Source: Craspedostauros australis
Lineage: Eukaryota
Reading direction: 5' to 3'
Assembly (NCBI GenBank): GCA_030167865.1
Contig: JALAGF010005673.1
Span: forward strand, 1 to 61,575
DNA: 61,575 nucleotides
Part shown: one piece after another, positions 11,394 to 22,236 of the stretch
Layout: every line of letters starts with the position of its first letter
Position numbering within the stretch: the stretch's first letter is position 1
Program-made: the position numbers and the translations under genes
The notes under the pieces: generated by a model
Told to the model about the DNA's origin: nothing
Databases searched by the model: none
What the model saw: only the letters and a program-made list of their open reading frames with translations

Positions 11394-13980
11394 ATGCCGA
11401 AGGCGAGACAAAGGATGATGTTGCAAACCGCCTCCTTCCTGATCAAGGTCTTGATCGTCATGGTGGTTGTTCGAGCTGAGCTTTCCTTCTTTTGTTCCGC
11501 CAGCGAGATCATCAGCAGCACCAGTGGCAACAGTGGCAACAGTGGCAACATGACAACTACCATCCCGGACGAAGAGATAGAACAGTACGACACGGTAAGT
11601 TGATGTAATTTCAAACAGCACAGAGAGGGGTGTGCTGCAAAGCTGCGTTTCGTGCTGTCATTCGGTCGCGGGGTTGCTTGGGACAGTATCAAACTGCATC
11701 AAGAGCCGCACATATAATACCTGTCACACATCTTCTGACAGCCCATCTTTCCTTTTCCCTCTCATTTGACTTCAACTTTCTCCATTCGTCCACATCGGAA
11801 TGTGAACGACTCTGCGAAACCCTTCACTGGCCGACCCAACCGTGTTCGACGCTGCGTCCATCCATCATGTGTCTCTCCAAATACTCGTACTGAGCAGGAT
11901 ATCATCGCAAAGGTTATCGAAGGCAATACGGTGGAGGACAGCAGCAGATACCCGTACTACACGTTGCTCTGGGAATCATCGCTTTGTGGTGGAGTCCTCA
12001 TTGCACCAGATATCGTTCTGTCAGCCGCTCACTGCGAGTAAGTTCGGAAGCAAAGCGTCACGATGCTTCGGGCGTTGTCTGCGGATCTGGCGAATGGAAG
12101 TCGGATGCATTTATGTTCGCCAAATCATCATCTCTTGCTTGCTTTTCATCTCTCTGGCCTTGAACGACCTTTGATGGTACTTTCGTTTCTTTCAGGGAAA
12201 GCATGAACACCATGTACCTCCATCAGCCCAGTCTGTGCACAGAACTTACGAACCCCACTATTCTCACTCACGGACCTTGTGGCAAATGCAAACGCAAACT
12301 CAAACGCCAAACTGTTGCTACTCAATGCCGTTGCTCTGCAATCCTCTTTCATCGATGGCGTTTCAATCGCATCTCATTCTCAGGGGTTCTTCGAAAGTGG
12401 CGCGGGTCAATTACTACACAAGATACTTCTTTGCGGACGACTCCGAAATCATCCCTATCTCCAAAAGCATCGTGCATCCAGATTATCGGGATGGTGACTT
12501 TTCGTTTGACATGATGGTCGTCGTCCTGGACAAGACGAGCACCAGACAATATGTTCGTATCAACTCGAGCCCGGTGGTGCCCGACACGTCCGATTCCCTC
12601 TCGGTGATTGGCTTTGGAGATACGGATCCGAAGTCGGGGAGAGACAACCTCAGGATCCCTTCCTACTTGCAGGAGGCGACGGATATGGACTACATTCCGA
12701 ATGATCAATGCGATCAGATGCACAAAGCTGACGACGTGACGGACGACATGATGTGCGCATCATCCGAGGCAGGAGATTCATGGTGCGTGTGGAATTGCTG
12801 TTGCTGTTGATGAGTGCCAGCTCCTGCGCAAACCACGACGCTTCCCTTGTTGGCATCATACCCGTTTGTTCGTACTTGTGGGGAGTGCTTTGATGCGTTG
12901 CCGGTCGCACATTTTCTAAAAGTCAACTCTTCCATGGTATCACACGGTGTTCTTGCAAAAATCCCATTCCACCGCTTCACGCGCACACATCAATACTCTA
13001 TTCTGCAACAGTTCGGGTGACTCTGGCGGACCGCTCATCATTGATGGTGGTTCCGTGGACGATGATATTCTTGTCGGCATTGTATCATGGTAAGTGCAAC
13101 GAAATGCTTGCAAACTATTCTACGAACCACGCATCAACGAGTATGACGCATTGATGCCGTTGTTGGCGACTTTAGGTCAAGCACGGGCATCGCAAACAAA
13201 CATTGATCACTGGTGGCAAACGCTGATTGATTGCATGAATCACCATTATCTTAACCATCACTTTCGCTTTCACTATCTGTTTTGCTTTGTTCCGCTCGCA
13301 TGTCGGTCAACGCGTGGCATCGCAGGGGAAGAGGATGCGGCATCCCCCGATGGCCAGGGGTTTACTCCAGGGTGAGCCATGCCTACGATTGGATTGAGGA
13401 CTTGGTCTGCGAGCACTCTGAAGATGTGCCGAGCTATATGGGATGCCCTCGGTCGCTTGAAGATACATCCAGCCCGACTCGACAGGCGTCTGCTTCGCCA
13501 ACGCAACATCCAACATCGCAACCAACAGATCAGCCCACGTTGCAGCCAACGGCAGAACCGACGACAAGGCCAACGTTGCGACCAACAACGCAACCAACGG
13601 AAGCCCCATCCATGCCACCAACGGCGGTTCCTTCTCAAACACCGAGCAGATCACAACAGCCCTCGCATCCACCAAGCGTTTCGCCATCGGACGTGCCATC
13701 TGCTTCCCCCAGCACGAATCCCACGGCTTCGCCTGCACCATCCACGTCACCGACCATGCCCGTAGGCGACTCCATCTTCATCGGTTGGTTCCCACCAAAA
13801 GGGTTGCGACACTGTGAAGGCGACTGCAACCTGGACGGCGACTGCGCAGATGGCCTGGTATGCTTCCGACGACGACGAGGCGAGAGAATTCCTGGCTGCA
13901 CCAACGATCCCATCCTTCCACGAGGCGCAGACTTTTGCGTTCGCAAAGAAGAGCATTCATTGAGTATGGACGAACTGTGA
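11394..13980 (+). CDS. Secreted trypsin-like (S1) serine protease with Pro/Thr linker and C-terminal frustulin-like Cys-rich domain; 5 exons, ~490 aa
   Basis: Exons 11394-11594, 11898-12037, 12384-12782, 13012-13089 and 13326-13980 join in frame. Catalytic triad SAAHC, FDMMV, DSCSGDSGGP; also GIVSWGRGCG and PGVYSRV. C-terminal CEGDCNLDGDC...C...PGC...DFC. Confidence 0.88.
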
Positions 13981-15755
13981 GAGAATGCGAAACGATGTTT
14001 GCGATTCATTGGTATCACATGACGTCGCAATACAGTGTCTTGGGTTCGTGGAACATGATGTTTGCGTCGCGATACTGATGGGAGGAGATGACACATCATG
14101 GGGGAAGCGTCCAAATGAACACTCCTCGTCGACATTGATTCCTGCAATGGCGCGATTCACGCGAAACGCAGTTCATGATTCTGATCGAGCCTTCGGGGAA
14201 TCCTGGCTGGTATGCTGCACCACACGTACGACTTCAAGTAGAGAAAGGAAGCGAGATGTTTGGTATAGAGCATTTGATAGAGAGAAGGGTGGAGAGAACG
14301 TTACTTTGCGATCTGGCATGGTGTTGTCGTTTCAGCAATTCCAATGTCGCCGTTGTTAGAGCTACCTCCGCGCGAACGAGAGGATGTGCGGAGCACAAGG
14401 AGAGCAGGACGATGTATGGCGAATGAACTACCGAGAAGTTGGGGCCTGGGAGCTGCGCGATCATGTGTTCCACACAAAAAATGACTGATGGGTGTACCGG
14501 CCCGCGAAGCGATCGGAGTGCACGAACAAAGATAACCGTCCATTTGCCAAAAGGTGTTCCGAATTTCTCCTTGTCGTCACGTTGTTGCTGAATCCCACCA
14601 TGCCTTTGTAGGTATATATCTTCGTATACATGCCAATGCATGGTGGTATGTCACGACTCTGGATGATAAATCCCCAGACATGTTGGACACTTAAGCGACG
14701 CAGCAAGTGTTGAAACGTGATTGGCCTAGATTTTAAAAGGGCACGGTCACATACGGCGCTTTTCAAACGGAACGGAGTGCGCCCTGGGATTTTTCTTCGT
14801 TGTGGAAGACAACGGATCAATGTGTGTGACAAGACCAACGACAAACAAAGCACCCGCGGCAGTTGCGCAACGTTCCGTTCTTGGCAATCTTTGCTTCCAG
14901 AGAGAGGGAGCCAGCGGAAGCAGTGTGTACCAAGACGACCGCGGCGTGCTATTGCTCTCACCATTGCGCACGAGTTCCACACCCCGACGAACCATTCCAT
15001 ACCTTGCGCGCCTTGAAGATCATCAAGGGAACGCATCCTCATCTGTCTGTTGCCATTGTCAGAGATCATCGTCAGTGTTGAAGGAGGTGTCCGAAGCTGG
15101 GAACGAAAGCAAAGGAATGCAAGCGAGGCAAGCAGGGAAGCAAAGGGATACGCAAGAGCGGGAGAAGCAAAGGACGCCAAGAGACGGAACCGCGCGAAAA
15201 CACCAACGAGCATCCACGGCGGCAAAAAGAGAAAAAAGAGGCAGTTCCACCGACAAGAACGCAAGAGCATTGGGATTCAACCACGAGCAGTAGCAGTGTC
15301 AGTGCAGTTCGGAGAGTTGGAGTTCACTGGAGTTGACAGCATCACTCCCGAAAAGCATCATAGTCGCAGATCAGAGGGACGGAGACGAGAGGATACAGAC
15401 GGTTCCTCCATTGCCGCCACCACCAGCAGTCACCATTGCGACAGTCGCAGCCATCGTCACATCGGTACGAACACCAGCCAAACCACCTGCGAGAAGCGCG
15501 AGGAAGAAATACGAACGCAGAAGCTGCCTTGAGACATCACATCGGAGGCCGCGGCTGTCGCACCTGTCGCATCCAAGACATCAATTGTACTGCCACACGA
15601 AAGCACGCGTGCACTCACGCCACCACCACCATCACAGATACACCCGTAGCACCAGCAGCCATAACCACAACTGTATCCATCTTGCAAGTCCACACCAACG
15701 GCGGCAGCCACAACAACAGCACAGATATCAACACAGATATCAACACAAGCGCACA

Positions 15756-18700
15756 ATGAGGGAACACAAGCGCAAACGCAGACAAGGCTGCGATTATAGG
15801 CACCCGAGGATACATCCATGCGGAGGCGCTACTTCAAACAGACGGAGGGTATCAGCGATACACAGAAGGGACACCCACGCACTGTGTTATCTCCTCTTGT
15901 CGCTCTGTGTTCTGAATGCGCATGTCGTTGGAACCGTTGCCAACGTGCCCACCTCGACACCGACAGACTCCATGACAAGCAACATCCCATCTGACTTTCC
16001 CAGCCTAGCTCCGACGACAGGCACTTGGCCATCCACTGGAGGTCAGACTCCGCAACCAACTGTTCACCCAACCATACAACCAACTGTGCAACCAACTGTG
16101 CAACCAACTGTGCAGCCAACTGTTCACCCAACCGTGCGAACAACGACGCTTGCGCCAGTTGGGAACAATGACACGCAAACGAACACGGAAGCACCGACAG
16201 CACCACCAAGCCCATTCGGAAGTCTCAACCCCACTTCATCATCGACAGCATTGCCCACATCTTCATCCACCACAACAATGACCACCGAACTGACGCGAGA
16301 TGGCAATGAGACCGGCTCTTCGTCAGCGGCTCCTACGAACTTGCTCTTCAACCACTCTACAACTGCCCCATCTCCAGCAATGACGGAGGCACCGTCTCTG
16401 GCGCCAACAAACCATACCCTCCCAGGGCCAACGCCGCAGCAAACAACCCCACCAACATACCCACCATCAGTGTCTCCAACGAATACATCGCAAAACGGAA
16501 CCGACACGGACAACACATCGTCAACGGAACCAACAATGGCGCCGATTGGCGATTTTTCGGCGGCCCCGACAACACCATCGCTGTCCAACGATACGGATGC
16601 TCTGAACGCAACATCGGCCATGCCCACTGACGTACCAACTCCATCATCAGCCCCAACAACGAACTACTCGCAACCCACGCTCATCATCGACGACAGAAGC
16701 GACACTGAGGAACCCACCGCAGCACAAGGGGGTGGCGGGAGGCCATCCAGATCGCCGGTCGTGGATCCGGGCTTTGATGATGACGACGACGACGATGATG
16801 CGTTCATGGGAGACGATGGTCTCGGAGGCAACGGGAGCCCCGTTGGCACGCCAAGCCAATCACCTGTCCCCACCGAATTCGTCGACGTGGACGTCAACAA
16901 CGACGGTGACGACAACTCTCTCACACCGCGTCCTGTCACGCAGTCGCCCACAACTTCGCCAACTTCGGCACCAACAGCGAGACCGACGAGTGCGCCGACC
17001 TCAAGACCAACGTCTAGGCCAACGGCATTCCCAACATCGTTTCCAACCTCGGTACCAACGAGCAAGCCGACACAAGTTCCCTCCGCGCCGCCAACTTCTT
17101 CTCCGTCTCGGCTACCATCCAGCGACCCGACCTATGTACCCACAGCACAACCAACGACGAAACCCAGCGCCGAGCCCTCTATGCCGCCAACGTCTTCCCC
17201 GTCCACATTGCCATCGTTCTCTCCATCCCAGGCACCTTCACTGTCATCAATGCCCTCGCGGAACCCCACGAATTCACCAACCAGCCAACCAACCACGTCT
17301 CCGTCCGGATCACCCAGCATGCGACCGTCCACGATGCCCTCTCACGAGCCGTCATCGGTCCCGTCTTCGTCTCCATCCCTGCCGTTGCAGACAGAATTCA
17401 TCCAAGTCACCATGCAGCTTGAACCGTACACATCCAACGAACTCATCACTGGGCAGGATACCTTCACGTGGCAGACAGTGACGGAAGATCACATTTTGCA
17501 ATCCATGTTGTCCCAGAACGTGGAACCGCCACTCATCGACCTCACGGTCAGAACGGACATAGACAGACAGACGTTCCCATTGATCGATACCACAGCCGCA
17601 GCCCAGAATGCCACCATTGCAACATCGGATGCTGGCCGAACGCTTCGCAATGTGAGGATCCTGCAAGCCACAGACCCCATGACAGGCGCCACGTCCACCT
17701 CCATCTTCTTCTCCGTCTTCGTATCCTACAGGTCCATCGGCAAGGACTTCAACATCCGCGAGCTCGTGTTCAACTCCTGGGCGGAGCCATCGGATCGCAA
17801 CGCATACTTGGCACAGCTCAAGCGTCGTCTAGACCTGTTCGATGAAGTCACAGGATTGGAGATTGACGTCAAGGGCTTCGACCCACCCGGTCCAAACCCA
17901 GCGACCAAGGCATCGGGAAGCAGCGGCAGCAACCTCGCAATCATTGCTGGTGCTTCCGTGGGAGGCGCGGCGATCGCTCTGCTCCTCGGCTTCTTTGCAA
18001 TGAAGCGAAGGAATAGAGCCGATCCACAACCGGATCTCCAGCCGGCACCATCCTCGCAGCCCGATATTTGCGCCACACGCGTGGCTGTCTCCACGTAAGT
18101 AACTACGAGAACATCGCGCTGCAATCTGCTCGTGGGTTGCCAATCAATCCGTGCCCCATCTCACATCTCTGTCTGTCTGTCTGCCTGTCTTTCTTTCGTT
18201 CTTTCTTTGCTTCCGACTTGCACAACATACCTGCGCTTACGCAAACCAAATGCATGATGCAAACAGTGAAATCATGGTGGAGCCACAGGACGATATCAGT
18301 ACGTTGGGCGATCCAATGTTCGGTCCTGGTGGCATGCTGATGGGTGTGGTGGACAAGGATGAAGTGACGGCGTCCATCGGCGAAGACTACGACTACGTCA
18401 GACAATACCGACAGGCATTCCAACCTGGCTCCGTGACATCGAAGACCAACAGCAGAGACAGGTTGATGTCGGAGGATCACACGAAAGCCTCTTCTGCCGG
18501 CATATCGAAGATCGGCGATAATTCATTATTTGCGGATGACGCTTCCTTCGAGCAGCAATTCGCAGAACCCGAGGAACGTTACGATGTCGTCGCGCCCGCA
18601 GGCAAGCTGGGAATGGTGATCGACACGCCGAATGGTGGTTCGCCTGTCGTCCATGCAATTAAGGAGACCAGCGTGTTGGCCGAGCGCGTTCACGTTGGCG

Positions 18701-18843
18701 ACCGCCTGCTGTCTGTTGACGGCGAAGACTGCACGGGGATGACCGCGATGCAGGTGTCGAAGTTGATCAGTCTCAAGTCGGAGAAGCCATCACGGGTGCT
18801 GGTATTCGTTCGGGCCCGTGTTAATGCAACCATGTGTCCTTAG
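15756..18843 (+). CDS. Single-pass membrane protein with Pro/Thr/Ser-repeat ectodomain and cytosolic C-terminal PDZ domain; 2 exons, ~971 aa (start uncertain)
   Basis: Exons 15756-18094 and 18267-18843 (GTAAGT...CAG). Signal-like segment LCYLLLSLCVLNA, PTxxPT repeats, TM helix LAIIAGASVGGAAIALLLGFFAM-KRR, PDZ motifs APAGKLGMVI and VGDRLLSVDG. Confidence 0.8.
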
Positions 18844-19269
18844 AAAGCATCGACGTTTTGTTCATAGACAAGAACCATACTCTAAATTTAATTGTACTCG
18901 TCGACGCACGTATGTACAAAGCATTCGTCTTGCAGTGGCGCATACTCGGAGACTCTGTCTGGAATATTGATCAAGTTCTTGGAGAGCATCACTTGTGCTA
19001 TACATTGGACAAGCTCATAGCGGTTTCGTAAGGTTGACGTTGGACACTGACATCACTCCCATCGTGAAGTGCTGCTGCTGCTACACACGAGGAAATGAGA
19101 GATCGTTGGTGCCATCTTGTCGCTGTGGTTGCGATTACAAGAGGACGTCCACCTTCATGTTACATACTTATGAGTGTGAAAAGGTCAGATGCTATTAACT
19201 CCATGATTGGGCGCCAAGCATTTGTCATACCTGCTTCGCCGCACCGATTTGCACCAATGCGAACTTTGT

Positions 19270-20366
19270 TCATGGATCGAGCGGCTTCTGTCCGGTCGTT
19301 CCATACTTCTCAATGTACTCCTGCTGCTTCTTCGCCAACGACTTTGCTATCGGCGAGTTGATCTGCGCAAGTCTGCCCCAACCTGTGGAAAGGACAGGTG
19401 CGACGGCCTCCAGCATATCGGCGGCGCTGGGAGGAGGAACGGCATCCACAACAGGAGGAGCTGCGGCTGCGACCACCGGCTCTGGTGTTGGCGGCGGCGG
19501 AGTTGGCGCAGCCACTGGTGGCGCGGGTGTTGGTTCTGGAGCAGCTGCTGCTTCCGGTTCGGCCGCGGGTGCGACAAAGTCCTTGAAGGCTGCCACGTCC
19601 TCCTCTTCTTCCACAGTAACCAAGATGGGCGTTCCCACCGGCACATCTTCCGCACCGGCGTCCTTCAGGATCTTGGCAATGTACCCATCATCCTGCGCCT
19701 CGAAGTCAATCGATGCCTTGTCCGTCTCAATCTTGGCCAAGGCGTCCCCGGCGATGAATTCGCTGCCCTCCTCTAGGTACCATTCCGCTAAGGTTCCTTG
19801 GTCCATGGTGGGGGAGAGTGCCGGCATGCCCACCACGATGTGGTACGGGAGGTTGTCATCCTGCAATGCGGACGAGACATGGAAGGATCGGCTGGGAGTG
19901 GTTGATGGAATTGATTGATGAGCGGGATTTGGATGGGAAGAGTCGCATGCAACGGATGTGGTTATGACGCAGAGACCAGAATGGAGCGTAACGTGTGAGC
20001 AAATGAATGAATGATGAATGAATGAACAATGAATGAATACGCGATGGATATGCCGGCCGCAATGACAAAGTAAGAGATGAACACAAGACAAGTGCCAGAA
20101 GCGTGGCCATGAAGAGCGAAACAGCGCTCAAGCGCGGAAATGGAGCTCGCTGATGTTGACTCCATCTCATTGAAAGCAAACATGGACAATCATTTACGCA
20201 ACCAACACCTTCCACAGCATTGGAGATGTGGGTGCTACCGTTGGCTCGCTCCACCAAAGACGCAACTGCGCCAAACTCACCATCCAATGGCAGCCGCACG
20301 GTTGGAGATCCTCGTGACCCCGCTGCGCAAGGATGACGATGCCGCTAATCTGGAGATGGCAAGCAT
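19270..20366 (-). CDS. Probably mitochondrial single lipoyl-domain protein (PDH E2/E3BP-like N-terminus, no catalytic domain); 2 exons, ~235 aa
   Basis: Exons 20366-20281 and 19891-19270 (GTGAGT...CAG). Arg/Ser-rich presequence ends CRSFH. Lipoyl motifs MPALSPTM and IETDKA, then a Pro/Ala linker and a stop shortly after. Confidence 0.82.
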
Positions 20367-20988
20367 GGTGTTGTCGTGGTCGCTCTGCGAATGATGAAGA
20401 GTTTTGCAGAGTAGAGTATTGTGGAGGTCGACGAGTGTGGGGAGGTGCCAACGTGCAGAGCAGAGCAGAGCAGAAGAGGAAAGGTTGGATGTGGAAGCCA
20501 CAGCGAAGGTGGCTGCGTTCCCTTTTTGCGTGTTCGTCGTCGTCTTCGTTGTCGGCGTTGTTGGTGGTTGGCGTGTCTTGTTGCGATTCGTGGGCGAACA
20601 GCGAAGGTCGAGACGAACTTCTTGCGGTTCTCAGAACTTTGTTCCTTTTCAGCCAACTCTGTCTATCTTTTGCCTGTATTTTCGGTGATCACAGGCGATC
20701 GGATGAGTCGATAATCGTTTTTCTGAAATCAATCGGAAAAGTGCCCGAACTGAGCGACCGACACAAAAGATACGGTTTGCGACAGAACAAACGCACACGC
20801 AGATGCGAACAATCCAACAAGGAAAGATCCGAACCATGGAGAGGGGCTCTTGTGAGGTACGACTGCGTGCAGATCGTACCAACACACACCCTTCCTGACC
20901 CATCATGTCGCAAGAGTGAGAGCTCCATCTGTCTCCGCAACAACATCACGAGAACGCAAAGAACGCAGAGAGCATCAACTCGAGAATC

Positions 20989-22107
20989 ATGGCTCGATTC
21001 CAATCCATCCTCTGCGGGTTGTTGCTGTCATCCGCTCTGCGACGTTCATCGTCATCGTCATCATCATCAGCTGTAGTTGCAGCATTCACATTCACATTTC
21101 AACCCAAGCCCTGCGCAAAGGAATCCATGACGTCTCTTGGAACACATGCCAGATCAGCACCGTTCGCCACGGCAACAAGGCCTGGCCATACATTGCGCAT
21201 GTCCGCCGCCGAAGCCGCGCCGCAAACCTACATGGAGGCGCTGAGCCTCGCCGCTTCCGAATCCTTGGGACGCACGGTGGAGCTGGTGCCCACATCGGGC
21301 GGCGGCTTCTCGGGTGGTGGAGGTGCCAGCACATCAGCCGTTCTGGACAAGGCCACCGACACGCGGTACTTTGTCAAGGCCGCGCGCGGGGAATTCGACA
21401 TGCTGCGCGCTGAGTACGAGGGCGTCAAGGCCATGTCGGAGGCCAACGCCATCCAGGTGCCCACGCCCATCGCGTTCGGTGAATTCGAGTCCACGGCGTT
21501 CGTGATCTTTGAGTACCTCGAATTCTGCGGAGGCGGGTCGCAGTTCGAGCTTGGCCAGCAGCTGGCCAAGATGCATCGCAAGGTCAGCGATCAGGGATTC
21601 GGTTTCGTGGTGGACAACACCATCGGGGCCACCTTCCAACCCAACTTGCCGTGGAAGCAGGATTGGGCCGAGTTCTGGGATGAGCAGCGCCTGGGACACA
21701 TGCTCAAGCTCACGGACAACGTCGGCTTCTCGGACGACAAGATCCAGAAGCTGCGTGCCAAGACGAAGCAACTGCTGTCTCACAATCCGCCACCGAGCCT
21801 CATCCACGGTGATCTGTGGGGTGGCAACAAGGGATTTTGCAAGAAGGATGGCAAGCCCGTCCCTGTCATCTTTGATCCTGCCACCTACTACGGCGACCGG
21901 GAGGCGGACATCGCCATGACGTACGTCTTTGGTGGTTTCAGCGGTGATTTTTACGATGGCTACAACTCCGAATGGCCGTTGCCGGAAGGGCACGAAAAGC
22001 GACGTGTCATCTACGAGCTGTACCACATCCTCAATCATGAAGTGTTGTTTGGTGGCGGGTACGCCAATCAGGCGCGAGGTATGATCGACCGCATCATGAA
22101 TCTTTGA
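20989..22107 (+). CDS. Fructosamine/ketosamine-3-kinase family (protein-ribulosamine 3-kinase-like), probably plastid-targeted
   Basis: Motifs YFVK, LAKMH, FGFVVDNTIGATFQPN, LIHGDLWGGN, FDPATYYGDREADIAM and LYHILNH. Presequence VAA-FTF. Confidence 0.9.
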   Translation: MARFQSILCGLLLSSALRRSSSSSSSSAVVAAFTFTFQPKPCAKESMTSLGTHARSAPFATATRPGHTLRMSAAEAAPQTYMEALSLAASESLGRTVELVPTSGGGFSGGGGASTSAVLDKATDTRYFVKAARGEFDMLRAEYEGVKAMSEANAIQVPTPIAFGEFESTAFVIFEYLEFCGGGSQFELGQQLAKMHRKVSDQGFGFVVDNTIGATFQPNLPWKQDWAEFWDEQRLGHMLKLTDNVGFSDDKIQKLRAKTKQLLSHNPPPSLIHGDLWGGNKGFCKKDGKPVPVIFDPATYYGDREADIAMTYVFGGFSGDFYDGYNSEWPLPEGHEKRRVIYELYHILNHEVLFGGGYANQARGMIDRIMNL

Positions 22108-22236
22108 ATCGTTGCGTAGAATACAGCACTGGTGAACAAGCTTCGAGTAGAGTAAGGGCAAAAGCCTAGCTATCAAGTTAATGAATTTGTTGACACATCG
22201 AAATGCACTGTATTTCGGTCAGTACTCCAGGGCATT

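Noticed and set aside
15333..15755. N-terminal extension of the 921-aa ORF
   Set aside because: It begins at a non-ATG codon and is low-complexity, so it is probably 5' UTR in a eukaryote.
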